Source: Octopus vulgaris
Lineage: Eukaryota
Length of the DNA stretch: 64,000 nt
Direction: 5' to 3'
Assembly (NCBI GenBank): GCA_951406725.2
Contig: OX597815.1
Coordinates: 206,956,001-207,020,000, forward strand
The first letter of the stretch is position 1. Each line of letters opens with the position of its first letter. The position numbers and the translations under genes are program-made. Below are positions 14,165-26,159 of this stretch, piece by piece. The notes beneath the pieces were generated by a model, which was given only the letters and a program-made list of their open reading frames with translations, was not told the origin of the DNA and did not search any database.

Positions 14165-16022
14165 GGTCAGTGTTTTTCTTTGCACTGCTAGGAGTCACGA
14201 CGCTGTACATCAACGTCGGGAATTATTGAACAAGTAAAGCACAACTACAAGGTAAGACATTTGTTTTTGTGGGGGATTCAGTGGAGGTTTGTTGTTTGTG
14301 TTTATTTTGTCGAACAAGAAATCTCTACAGGATTCCGGGCATTTGTCTGCCAGTAGTTGCGCTTAGTGTCTCACTTAGCGGTGGGAAGTTTGTTGTTTTG
14401 GTGAAATTTGTGGAAGCTGTGTTCCGGTTGCTGTGTCCCTGTTGCTATTTGGAGTAGAATTTGGCCTGGAGTATCTAGTGTCCGGAAAATTTGTGTCTGC
14501 TGTGTTCTTGAACTGTTTTTCTTGAACTGCTTTCTTTCCTTCCTTCCTTTTTTTTTTGTGACTTGCTTTTGAACAGTTTTCTTCCAAGAACATGGCGAAG
14601 AAATAAAACACTGTGTTGGAGTGGGAGATTGTTCCACCCAAAGAGTGGGTGAAAGATTTGCAAGAGAGGGCGGTGATGTTGAGGACATAATCAAAGTTGC
14701 TTGACACTATCACCGTCTCCAAGAAAATTGTGATTGGGGAAGAGTTGGCAGAGTATTTGCCAACCATTAAATTTATTTCCAGGGGTGCCAAAGTTGCAAC
14801 GGTGTGGTTGCTGTTTGACACCCCTGAAGAGGCACGCAGGTCTGCGAGCCAGCGCTTGAAGGCCAAGGAAATCCTGTTTCTTCCCACATATTGTGGGAAG
14901 AAGTAGACAAGAACTTGGTTCTACGGGTTACCTCTTGGGATGGAATCCGAGTGGATAGAAAATGCTATCCGCTGGGGCCTGGGTGGCAGTGGATGCAAGC
15001 TGCTAAATGTGAAGTTGGTGCCGGCGGCTGATTGGGTTGGGTCAAAGGCTGTCTTGACCCTGTGGACCTAATCCGCAAGAAATCTGGTCTTACCAGATTT
15101 TTTTAACATGGATGGTAACAAGTATCCTGTGATACTTGAGGGACGCCCCACACCAAGTGTCACCTGTGCCTGGAAACAGGTCATATAAAAAAGAACTTTC
15201 CCCAGGATCAGAGTTGGGTCCAGGAGCAGTTAGTGAAAGGAACGCCCTCCCCTACTCATTCAGAGGGAGAGATGAAGACAGACGAGGAGGTGGAAGCCTC
15301 TTCGATGAAGGGCCAAAAAAGGAAGAAGGTGGGTAACAATGGTTGCCCACCGTGGGATCCTGAGGCGGCGGGAGGGAAGGAAAATCTTCCGGACAAAGTA
15401 AAACTCCACCCTCCCGTCGTAAAGGAGAAAAGAAAAAGAAAAAGTAAAACGGGATATTGCCAGCGGTTGCTAGTACACTGCCGGCATGTCCCGAAACCCC
15501 GTCAGTGGGAATTGTGCCACCAACAGTGGAAACTGTGGCCTCTTCTTATGTAGAGGAGGAATTTGTAATCCTTTTCCACAAGGAAGGTGCAATTCAAGAA
15601 TTTGTTAAGAAGGTCGAAGGGGAGGAATTCTAATCTGTACTAAGGACCCCAGTTGGTCTCCGCAGCTAGCTGCAGAGGTCGTGTGGGAAACAGATTTGTG
15701 CAAGGTGATGAACTCCTTCCCCGAAGACACATTCCGCTTCCTGAAGAGCCCCGACCTAGTACCATCGAGGTGATTGAGTGAGGCTCTGAACCTGGCCGAG
15801 TGCCGACAGGGCGGAAGATAATTAAGAAGCTTAGTGCCTCGTATTGTAGGGGCATATGGCCCATTATGAAAAATGTAAGAGGCTCGGTGCCTCATTTGTA
15901 AGAACCTTGGGTCCGGTTGATTTAAAGCAAGAGGTTTATAACCTCAATATGTTATTATGAAAAAATGTAAGAGGTTTAGTGCCTCATTTGTAAGAGATTT
16001 ATAACCTCAATTTGTTAAAAAA
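14165..16022 (+). mobile_element. Tx1/L1-like ORF1-only retroelement relic, copy A
   Basis: ATG at 14592; disrupted frames give PTYCGKK*TRTWFYGLP...YPVILEGRP..KCHLCLETGHIKKN (CCHC knuckle); no EN or RT seen before the A-rich end. Confidence 0.65.
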
Positions 16023-16024
16023 GA

Positions 16025-16900
16025 AACGAAGAACAATGTTTTCGAGAAGCAGCGATCGCCGGGCGTCGCTTGTCTTCCCTCACCAATTTCATTATTTGCA
16101 ACAATGGCTACCCACCTTCTTCCTTTTTTTCTCCATTTTTTTTCGTGAAGATCTCCACCTCCTCGACTGCCTCCATCTCTCCCTCCGAAGGAGGAAGGGG
16201 AGCTCTTCCTCAACTAATTGTTCCAGGTCCCTACTCTGGTCCTGGGGACAGTTCCTTTTAATGTGGACTGGTTCCAGGCGCAGGTGACACTTGGGGTGGG
16301 GACGTCCCTCAAGTATCACTGGGTACCTGCAACGGACCATTTAAAAAAAGTCCGGAAAGACCAGATTCTTAGCTGATTTGGTTCACAAGGTCAAAACAGC
16401 TATTGACCCAACCCAACCAGCCGCCGGGAATATTTTAACATTAAGCAGCTTGGATCCGCTGCCACCCAGACCCCGGCAGATAGTGTCTTCTATTCACTCG
16501 GGTTCTATCCCATGTGGCAACCCGCAGAACCAAGCTCTTGTCAACTTCCCACAATATGTGGGAAGAAACAAAATCTCTTTGCCATCTAAAGAGATTACAT
16601 ACTTAACTCCCCCCCCCGCCACTGGCAATAAATTTTATAGACAGCAGATATTCTGTCAATTCTGTCAAAAAAGGGGCGATGGTGTCGAGTGACTTCGAGT
16701 AAGTCCTCAACACCACCGTCCTCTCTTCAAAGTCTTTCATTCACTGTTTGGGTGGGATAATCTCCCATTCCAAAGCAGTGTTGTTCATCTTTTTTGCCAT
16801 GTTGTTATTGGAAAAAGTTCACAGAAAAACAAAATTTCAATGTGTTAAAAAGAAAAACACAAAAAATGAAGGCAGGAAGGAGGAAGAAACGAACTCCGAA
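16025..16900 (-). mobile_element. Tx1/L1-like ORF1 relic, copy B (inverted relative to A, 3'-truncated)
   Basis: YPVILEGRPHPKCHLRLEPVHIKRNCPQDQS; ATG at 16800 (atggcaaaaaag) matches copy A atggcgaagaaa. Confidence 0.7.
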
Positions 16901-17025
16901 CTATGTAGAACTAGGGTTACAAAAAATAAATCCTGGGTCGATTTGTTCGACTAAAGGCCGTGTTCCAGCATGGCTACTGTCAAATGACTCAATCAAGCAA
17001 AAGAATATATATATATATATAATAT

Positions 17026-17104
<79 letters not shown>

Positions 17105-17385
17105 CCCGCGTCGTCTTGAAGTTCCTTTCCCAAGTAGAAGTCAGGGCACGATTGCTTATGGAAGACCAGCAGTTGCTCGTGCATACTGCCTTCCCCTCTC
17201 CACGCCACTGATGTTATCTAAGAGAAAGGTAAAGGCTGATACACCTTGGCACCAGTGACGTAACATTTCATTTTTACAGCTGAGTGAACTGGAGCAACGT
17301 GAAATAAAGTGTCTTGTTCAAGAACACAACACACAACCCGGTCCGGGAATCGAACTCGCTACCTTACGCACTGAGCCATATGCTC
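17105..17385 (-). mobile_element. SINE type D, decayed
   Basis: Reverse complement of the 3084-3330 body. Confidence 0.75.
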
Positions 17386-18047
17386 AGTGCTTAGTGTTTT
17401 CTACTATAGCCCGAGGCTATAGTAGAAAACACCCACCGTGCCACGCTGTACGACTGAACCCGGAACCATGTGGTTGGTAAGCAAGCCACTCACCACACAA
17501 TCACCTCTGCGCCTATATATATATATTTGTGTGTGTGCACTGCAACAGAATGCAACCGGAAATTCGGTTACAAAATTGCAATGTAATTGATTTCAAACTA
17601 AAATAAGAACTCCCTTGTTGAAGAGGATATAGCTAAATCAGTCCCAATAGCTGACGAGTTTGGTTTATTATAGAACCCGGAGAAATAAAAGACGTCTCAT
17701 GGGATGTGAGTTCAGCCTGTAAGTGACTGAAACTAAATTTACTGCAAAGTATTTTGTCAAATGCTTAACGATGCCTGTTACATACGAAGACTGGTACTAT
17801 GTGCAATGCATGCTCCATTTCAGCTTTTGGAAGGTTATATTAATATATTTTACCTTCTATATCTTACTTGTTTCAGACATTGGACTTCAGCCATTTCTGA
17901 GATATCGTCTTGAAATGTTAAGTCGAACACATCGATCCAAGAATTTCGTTTTCTTTAAGCCTTCTACTTATTCTCTTGGTTTACATTTCCGCTAAATTAC
18001 GAAGACGCAGAGAAAACATCACCGGTTGTCAAGCGGTCGAGAAATAC

Positions 18048-18263
18048 TAAACGTTAGCACACCGGGCAAAATGCGTAACCGTATTTCGTCTGCCGTTACG
18101 TTCTGAGTTCAAATTCCGCCGAGGTCGACTTTGCCTTTCATCCTTTCGGGGTTGATAAATTAAGTACCAGTTACGCACTGGGTTTGATGTAATCGACTTA
18201 ATCCCTTTGTCTGTCCTAGTTTTTCCCCTCTATGTTTAGCCCGTCGTGGGCAATAAAGAAATA
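18048..18263 (+). mobile_element. Meta-domain SINE (tail A)
   Basis: Matches the 5604 copy. Confidence 0.88.
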
Positions 18264-18297
18264 AGGAACACTAACACACACACACACACACACAAAT

Positions 18298-18650
18298 TAG
18301 GCGTGGATGTGTAGTAAGAAAGTTACTTCTCCATCTCATGGTTCCGAGTTCAGTCCCATTGCGTGGCACCTTAGGCAAGTGTCTTCTACTATTCGGGCTG
18401 ACCAAAGCCTTGTGAGTGGATTTGCCCGTCGTGTGTATATATGTGTGTCTTTGTGTCTGCGTTCATCTCCCCACCATCACTTGACAACCGATGTTGGTAT
18501 CACCGAAGTTTAGCGGTTCAAGAAAAGAGACCGATAGAATAAGTACTAGTCTTTCAAAGAATAAGTCCTGGGGTCGATTTGTTCGACCAATGGCGGTGCT
18601 CCAGCATGGCCACAGTGAAATGACTGAAACGTGTAAAAGAATAAAAGAAT
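18298..18650 (+). mobile_element. SINE type B
   Basis: Matches the 12221 copy. Confidence 0.85.
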
Positions 18651-18989
18651 ATATATATATATATACACTGCAGGTTTCATCCAGTTTCCTTCTATCAAGT
18701 CTACTGAAGAATTTTTTAGTGCTATAGTAGAGGACACTTGAATAAAACCGGTACCGCAAGGAAGTGTTGTATGCATGGGAAAATTGCGTCTTTCTTAAAA
18801 ACAACCTTGCCTAGGCATGTGCAGATGTGTGACCAGCCTTGACCGATGGAAGCTCCAATTATCAACCAAAATTGACTCTCTGTCAAAAATGATGTTTATG
18901 ATAAATTATAGTTTATGTGTGCTTTATTTAGTGGTTTCCTCGGGCTATCTTGTTCTGATGTAACCAATGCATCGAATTTTATCGTATAA

Positions 18990-19550
18990 GATAATCTATT
19001 TGAATTACGAAATTATTTCAAAATCCAATTTGTTACAAATCTTTTCTGGTTTCTGATATTTTTCTTTGAGTAATGCTGCAGAGGTAAAGATATTATTAGA
19101 TATTATTATAGGTAAAGATATTATTAGTGATATTTCTTAGCTACAGAGACAGCCATTATACATGTACATCCGTAGGAATTTTACAGTAGCATCTGTTGTG
19201 TACTGATGTAATATATCCATTATTTCCCAATCCCCAAATATGTTCTTTGAAGTTTTTCAGTATTTATGCAATCTACAGTTTGATAGATGAAAGACATATT
19301 CAACTAAGTATTTCTTTAATCATTAAACTTCTTGTTTCACCGTGTTCCCATGATTCTTGTTCCGTAAAACTTTAAACCGCCTCTAACGATAAGATCGTAT
19401 TTGAAGTAAAACGTTTATTTTTTTTATTCCTCAACAACAATGAGCTGCTTCTATTCGGCAGCACTCCGTGTCTACAGAACTTATCTGCAGACTTTGAAAT
19501 TTCTCTAACATCGCGTTAGCGTTTAATTCATCACCATGATACCGAAATGA
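18990..19550 (-). pseudogene. Fossil hAT transposase C-terminal (dimerisation) region
   Basis: Broken frames reading FLRMY..MAVSVA and ICNKLDFEII, resembling the hAT C-terminus. Confidence 0.4.
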
Positions 19551-20093
19551 AACAGTTAATAATAATAATATGCATTTTATGTGTAGTTTATTTAGTTATT
19601 TCCTCTGGCTATTTTGTTCTGATATATTTATTACTCCGAATTTTAAGGTATATTATTATGTATTTGAATTACAAAATTATTTCAAAATCCAATTTCTTAC
19701 AAACCTTTTCTGCTTTCAGATATGTTTCTTTGAGTTATGTTGCATTTATAAAGGAGAATGTAAAGAACTTCATGGGTAAACATATTCATGAAATTTGGTA
19801 TGATTTAGAGAAAACTTGCTGCGGGGGAAAAATGTCTAAAAGAAAATGCATTTAAATCTAACCAGTGTTGCAAATTTATATATCAGCGTCAGTTTGACAA
19901 TACTATAAGCTGTATTTGAGGAAATTTATTTTACAGCAATAATATATATATATTACGGTGATGTACTTGCATAGCAAGTGATTTGATCTGAGATCGTGTG
20001 CTGGAACGAAAACAATTGCAGCGTGGAAGGTGTTTATAAGCCATTTAAGAAACACAAAAAAGCCGTTCGATTCACTGCAACATTTAAGTTTAA

Positions 20094-20144
20094 TTTGTCA
20101 AAATATTTTCGTCGCTATAAGACCGCGACCTGTTCACTGACAAA
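20094..20144 (-). ncRNA. Minimal type I hammerhead-like fold with G3:C8 core
   Basis: UUUGUCA-GUGAACA-G-GUCGC(loop)GCGAC-GAA-AAUAUU-U|UGACAAA: 7-bp stem I, 5-bp stem II, palindromic stem III. Confidence 0.7.
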
Positions 20145-20208
20145 AATCCGTGCTGCATCTGAGAAAGTAACAGTTAGTTCGTTATATATATGTACGTATG
20201 TATGTGTG

Positions 20209-20257
<49 letters not shown>

Positions 20258-20261
<4 letters not shown>

Positions 20262-20480
20262 CTTTACTACCCACAAGGGGCTAAACACAGAGAGGACAAA
20301 CAAGGACAGACAAACGGATTAAGTCGATTATATCGACCCCAGCGCGTAACTGGTTCTTAATTTATCGACCCCCGAAAGGATGAAAGGCAAAGTCGACTTC
20401 GGCGGAATTTGAACTCAGAACGTAACGGCAGACGAAATAGGGCTACGCATTTCGCCCGGCGTGCTAACGTTTATGCCAGC
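20258..20480 (-). mobile_element. Meta-domain SINE (tail A)
   Basis: Reverse complement of the family sequence. Confidence 0.88.
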
Positions 20481-20693
20481 TATATGTATATATATATGTA
20501 TATATGTATATATAAAACTTTTAAATATTTGTTATGCAAGATTTTTTATGTGAAGTCGTGTGTTGAAACAGATATTGTTATATTTCGGAATGGTCATATT
20601 GCTAGTTTAGCCAATAAAAACACACGCACTATATACTTGGTGTTATGTTGCTTCAGTGATATTTATTTTTTACATTAATCTTAATCTTATTTC

Positions 20694-20738
20694 GGCCAGA
20701 GTTCTTTCGTCACACTCCTGTGACCGCATCAGTGGTCC
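20694..20738 (-). ncRNA. Minimal type I hammerhead-like motif (CUGAUGC variant) in the PLE pLTR
   Basis: GGACCA-CUGAUGC-G-GUCACA(GGAG)UGUGAC-GAAAG-AA-CUC|UGGCC; identical copy at 30575-30619. Confidence 0.72.
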
Positions 20739-21087
20739 TTTGTTTTCTTCTCACTTATTTGTGTCTCTCCTTACTAACCGTCAGCCATTTTGTATTTCTA
20801 TTGTATGTCTTCATTTGCGCATGCTTATATCTCTATGTGCGTCTATGTTTATTTAGTGTGAGGGGGGGATGCCTGTAATATTTGTATCTTCTGTTTATAT
20901 ACATTCATGTAATTTGTATTTTGTTTTTGTTGTTGCTTTTGTTCTAATTTTGTTCATGTGTTTACATCCACCCATTATTATCATTACATATGCTTGTATG
21001 TATGTATAACAACAATATTAGTAATAATAATAATAAATCTAATCGAAAAAAAAATATATATATATACATATACACACATATATACAC

Positions 21088-21140
<53 letters not shown>

Positions 21141-21246
21141 TATACATACATATACATACATAGATATATATACATATATATATAGTTATTCATTTCTATT
21201 TGTTTATTTATCTGTGTATTTATTATGTTTTCGGGATCCTCTATCG

Positions 21247-22086
21247 TCATATGTTGTGGTGTGTGCTATTGCTCCATTCTAGTTTTCTATTCAGGCTAGG
21301 TTTATTTTCTATTATATGTGTAGCTTCTGTAATTTGTCTAATTGTTGCATCTGTTCTATGTGTGGACAATATCTTAATCTCTATGTTATTGATTGATCCC
21401 CCGTGTTCCTGTTCGGCGTGTTGGTACAGAATCGATGAGCTTTTACCTTCCTTGAGTTGTCTCCAAAGTCCATTCACCCGCTCTCCTATGCTTCTTGCCG
21501 TTTCCCCTACGTATGTTACTGTCTTGTTACTGCATCGTCCCTCTATACATCTTATACTATAGACTACATTTCTGGCTTTACAGTTTGTTTGTGGGCTAAA
21601 TCTACATACAGTGCAATAGTTATCCGTACAGAGGGTTCTACTAAAAGGATAGGTTCTACCAATTATAGATTTGATAGGGTTGCCTGGCTTTTCAACAACC
21701 TTAATTCTTAGTTTAAATTTATGTAGGGTCCTTCTAAAGCGGTTCGCCAGTTCACCTCCAGGGGTGGTGTCAACGAACATGACACTCTGGTATTTATGGC
21801 TATCATACCAAGAGTTGGCCTTCCCTATTTTCTTTTTTGTCCTTTCTATAGTGTTCCATGACTTGTTCCTATAGAGTGGGCAAATCCCATTCCTATCATT
21901 ACGTAATATATTATCAAATTTCTTCATGGCTCCTTTGTATACTCTGATCCTTTCTTTATGGCTGTAACCTGAGAACTGCATGCGGTGAATGAAATACTGT
22001 ATGTGTCTCTTTAATTCTGTAGGCTCGCACATGCGTGACACATTTCTCATTATTCTGACGAGGTCTGCCATCAAAATATTGAATTT
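21247..22086 (-). CDS. PLE RT thumb/linker + GIY-YIG endonuclease (uninterrupted ~280-aa C-terminal fragment)
   Basis: RMQFSGY...PLYR..W...WY...[44 protein letters not shown]; the first 14 aa of the track ORF come from the inverted pLTR. Confidence 0.88.
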   Translation of the reverse strand, partial: KFNILMADLVRIMRNVSRMCEPTELKRHIQYFIHRMQFSGYSHKERIRVYKGAMKKFDNILRNDRNGICPLYRNKSWNTIERTKKKIGKANSWYDSHKYQSVMFVDTTPGGELANRFRRTLHKFKLRIKVVEKPGNPIKSIIGRTYPFSRTLCTDNYCTVCRFSPQTNCKARNVVYSIRCIEGRCSNKTVTYVGETARSIGERVNGLWRQLKEGKSSSILYQHAEQEHGGSINNIEIKILSTHRTDATIRQITEATHIIENKPSLNRKLEWSNSTHHNI

Positions 22087-22244
22087 GGCCGAAATAAGAT
22101 TAAGATTAATGTAAAAAATAAATATCACTGAAGCAAAATAACACCAAATATATAGTGCGTGTGTTTTTATTGGCTAAACTGGCAATATGACCATTCCGAA
22201 ATATAACAATGTATATATAAAAGTTTTATAATTACTAAATATGC

Positions 22245-22460
22245 TAAAGGGGCGAACTGGCAGAATCGATAGCACGCCTGGCAACATGCTTTGAGGCATG
22301 TCGTTCGTCTACACGTTCTGATTCCTAAAGCTACCAAGGTCGACTTTGCTTTTCATCCTTTCGGGACCGATAAAATAAGTACCAGTCGGGCCCTGGGGTT
22401 CGGTGTAATCGACTTCCTTTTCCCCACCAAACTTCATCTCTTTTTACCCATTGGAGAAAG
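22245..22460 (+). mobile_element. Decayed Meta-domain SINE
   Basis: Family similarity. Confidence 0.75.
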
Positions 22461-22563
22461 TATAATTACTAAGTATACATCTGCGCGGCAGTTTTTATAA
22501 TGTTCATTCTGTGCTGTTGCATCAATTGTTCCCGCATCAATTTGAAACGAAAACCAATATATG

Positions 22564-22963
22564 GAGGCGTAGGGATGACTGCGTGGTAAGTAGCGTACTT
22601 ACGAACCACATGGTTCCAGGTTCAGTCCCACTGTGTGGCACCTTCGGCAAGTGTCTTCTACTATAGCCTCGGGCTGACCAAAGCCTTGTGAGTGGATTTG
22701 GTAGACGGAAACAGAAAGAAGCCCATCGTATATATATTTGTATATGTGTATATGTTTGTGTGTCTGTGTTTGTCCCCCAACATCGCTTGACAACCGATGC
22801 TGGTGTGCTTACGTCCCCGTAACTTAGCGGTTCGGCAAAGGAGAACGATAGAATAAGTACTAGGCTTCCAAAGAATAAGTCCTGGGGTCGAGTTGCTCGA
22901 CTTAAGGCTGTACTCCAGCATGGCCACAGTAAAATGACTGAAACAAGTAAAAGAGTAAAGAGT
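22564..22963 (+). mobile_element. SINE type B
   Basis: Family similarity. Confidence 0.88.
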
Positions 22964-23217
22964 ATACGAATCTTTTAATGAATTATTCTCCAAATTTGCA
23001 TTAGTTCTCGGTTTCATAGCAACGCGTTAAACAAAGTTTGTCGAAAATTTGAAGAATTTCGAAATTTTGCTGCCAGTTCGGCACAGGAGGCTATCAAGAC
23101 TTGTATGTATATTGGCAGAGCTTCATATCACAGTAAGACTATATAAGTTTTACTCAGGCAACTATATTATTTTCTAGTGTGTGTGTTTGTGTATTTGTGT
23201 GTTTTGTTTGTTTTTAA

Positions 23218-23432
23218 CGTAGCGAGCTGGCAGAAACGTTAGCACGCCGGACAATGTGCTTCGCGGCATTTCATCCGTCTTTACTTTCCTTGTTCAATTT
23301 TCGCCGAGATCATCATTGCTTCTTATTCTTCCGCCATCGATAAAATAAGTACGAGTTGAGAACTGGATTCGATGTAATTGCTTTACCCCTAGCCCCGAAA
23401 TTGCTGGCCTTGTTCCAACATTTGAAACCAAT
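23218..23432 (+). mobile_element. Decayed Meta-domain SINE (tail B)
   Basis: Family similarity. Confidence 0.7.
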
Positions 23433-23702
23433 ACACACACACACACACATATATATATATATTAATATTGAGAAGAAAAAAAAGTCATCAGAATTTTGGA
23501 AAGAAATCATTGTATTTCTTCATTATTATTAGCGCTTTCGTTCGTTTCAAGAACTTGTTAAATTAAATTTTGTAAATGTACAGACAGCTTGTTGATTTAT
23601 ATAAAACATTTTTTTGGGGGGAGGGGGTCTGTTTAGAAGAAGAGAACATTGTTTTTGTTTTATGGGAGTGAGGTTCCATGGCAATAGAGATAGATAGAGG
23701 TA

Positions 23703-23706
23703 TAGC

Positions 23707-23770
<64 letters not shown>

Positions 23771-23885
23771 AGGATGGATGGATGGATGGACAGATAGATA
23801 GAAGGATGGATGGATGGACAGATAGATAGAAGGATGGATGGATGGACAGATTGATAGAAGGATGGATGGATGGACAGATAGATGA
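23703..23885. repeat. (GATA)n/(GGAT)n compound microsatellite
   Basis: Direct. Confidence 0.95.
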
Positions 23886-23973
23886 ATATATGGATAGTCA
23901 GATAGAGGGACAGATAGATAGTAAGACAGATAGATAGGTAGAGTGTGAAGGGGATCCTCCTTCCTATTCACCA

Positions 23974-24125
23974 TTCATTTATTTATTTAGTCATTTACCA
24001 TTGTATTGGAATGGGTTGAAGGATGGTGACCTCTTCAACACCGCGCCTGTTTTTTTTTCTTTGAAGAGGTCACCATCCTTCAGTCCATTCCAATACAATG
24101 GTAAACGACTAAATAAATAAATGAA
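23974..24125. repeat. Near-perfect hairpin with ~65-bp arms
   Basis: 23974-24038 is the reverse complement of 24061-24125 with about 3 mismatches. Confidence 0.9.
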
Positions 24126-24234
24126 ATTTTGTGAATGTACAGACAGCTTGTTCCTTTATCCCCCTCTCCATCTATCCATCTCACTTGTCATTAAATCTCA
24201 TCCACACCCCATGATGTAGTTAATATATATATAT

Positions 24235-24587
24235 AAATAAATAATAAATAAATAAAATATATGCATATATACATACATATATGTACGTACCTACCTCTAC
24301 ATGTATATATGGGTACAGGACACCAAAAAAAAAAAACGTCGAACACAATGAGAAACGAAAACATAAACACAAAACCAAGGAAACGGACATTTTTTTAAAA
24401 CAACGAAAAACTAGAATACAGGACGTCCATTTCCTTGGTTTTGTGTTTATGTTTTCGTTTCTCATTGTGTTCGACGTTTTTTTTTTGGTGTCCTGTACCC
24501 ATATATGCATGTATATATACATGTAGAGGTAGGTACGTACATATATGTATGTATATATGCATATATTTTATTTATTTATTATTTATT
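24235..24587. repeat. Long inverted repeat with ~155-bp arms, probably a PLE pLTR fold-back
   Basis: 24235-24388 vs 24425-24587. Confidence 0.88.
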
Positions 24588-24626
24588 ATATGACAGAACG
24601 CACGCATCCCTTTCTAAGTAAGATTG

Positions 24627-24664
<38 letters not shown>

Positions 24665-24839
24665 TGAATTTCCCATTAAAACACCAAACAAACAAATGCA
24701 GCGCCCTGGAATTTACACTCAGCTGATCTTATTAATTAGCAGGGAGATGTGAGGCAACGACCAAAACATTTTCTAGTCCGACCACCCACCGTTTTACTTC
24801 ACATCGCATCTTATCTTCTTCAAAGAAAGAATGTAGTGA

Positions 24840-25560
24840 TGATTGCCATTAGTATTTTAAAGTTTACAAGAATCGCAGGAATCTCTGAAAAATTGCAACG
24901 GCGAGGGAAGAAATATTGCACAAAGTGTGTAGTGTGAAGTGTTGGAGTGAAAAGAACTTAATAAATGATGTGATGAGAAAGAAAAGGGAGTATGAATGAA
25001 GCGGGGCGGAAGTGGAACAGAGTTTGGCAAATCAAAGGAGCAGATACAGTTATAGCTTCAATAACTAAAAGAAAAAAGGAGATAAGAAATGGTGAGGAGA
25101 CAGCATGCCTACGATAGATAATTCATGTGTGAGGTTTACCAATCGAATGATATGTCACGTGCATTCATATACTCAGTAGCACCCTCTCAGACATGTCACT
25201 TGTACGAGGTGATGAAACAGTTGTAACTATGATAGGGTCGATGAAGAATTTTGTTTTTAAATAGGAATCAGTAGAAACTATTGGTGTCTGCAAAAAACGT
25301 ACTTGTTTTCATATATCATTGGGAGAATAATTTCCAACGGTTAGCATCCAATGTCCGGCTTGGAGTTTTAGAAAACATTTTCTTCGTCCTTTCTTCATTG
25401 GCCGTGGATATAGTGTAGAATTACAAGAAAGCTCATGAAATTTGTAGTCGCGCATACTTAAGAGATATGTGGCCAAAAAGATGATAAAAGTGGTGGTCAA
25501 GAGAGTGAGGAAGAGAATTTGGGACAAAGTGAATTTGGGTGCGAAGAAACAATAAGGGTT
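24840..25560 (-). pseudogene. Fossil CR1-like LINE 3' region
   Basis: Fragments RRHAVSS, CICSFDLPNSVP, YFFPR resemble the CR1 ORF2 C-terminus. Confidence 0.45.
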
Positions 25561-26097
25561 TAAGTCGGTGTTGACCGTTAGAACAGGAAAGAAGTTAATT
25601 AATATTGCTTAGTACAAGACACACATCTGATACTCATTTGCAGTTGCGTGAACTAAAATGAAAGGCTTTTTGCAAGGAAACAATGTATTTTTCGATCCAG
25701 GAATCGAAACAACTACCATACTATTGTAATTTCGCCCGTCTTCATGTTGTGATTTCTGTTTCCGCCGAGATCATTCTTGTCTTTCATCCTTTCAGCTTCG
25801 ATGAGATAAGTACCAGTTGAGCACCAAATCTGCCGGCCTTGTACCAATATTTGAAATCAATAGCATATCGCAATGTTCGCCTTATGTATATACTAACACT
25901 CCACACACACTAGGAGCTTTTCTTTGCATGAGAACCGAACTGGCTTTAAGGGGACTAATTGTTTAATAATATCTTCTATAACATTTTATTGACACTTCCA
26001 TAAACTTTACTGTAATAAACATCCATAAACTTCATTGAAAGATTTTGATACTGGAATCCGTGACCAGAATTTAGGAGGATATTTTTGCTCATCTTAC

Positions 26098-26159
26098 CGA
26101 AGTCACCTCACACATAGTTGTTGTCGGCCGCTTCTGGTTTCATTCCTTTACTCAGCATC
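26098..26159 (-). CDS. Candidate exon 4 (stop-containing) of an unidentified host gene
   Basis: Acceptor tttgattgttatag, phase-2 start, (R)MLSKGMKPEAADNNYV*, donor G|GTAAGA. Confidence 0.3.

Larger units (their letters stand above)
20520..22210 (-). mobile_element. 5'-truncated PLE (Naiad-type) with 3' pLTR and an inverted pLTR segment at the 5' junction
   Basis: GIY-YIG ORF; 20574-20698 is inverted at 22086-22210. Confidence 0.88.

Noticed and set aside
21247-22128. Selenoprotein-type Naiad or domesticated GIY-YIG gene
   Set aside because: All Cys codons are standard; the apparent start comes from the inverted pLTR; no SECIS recognised
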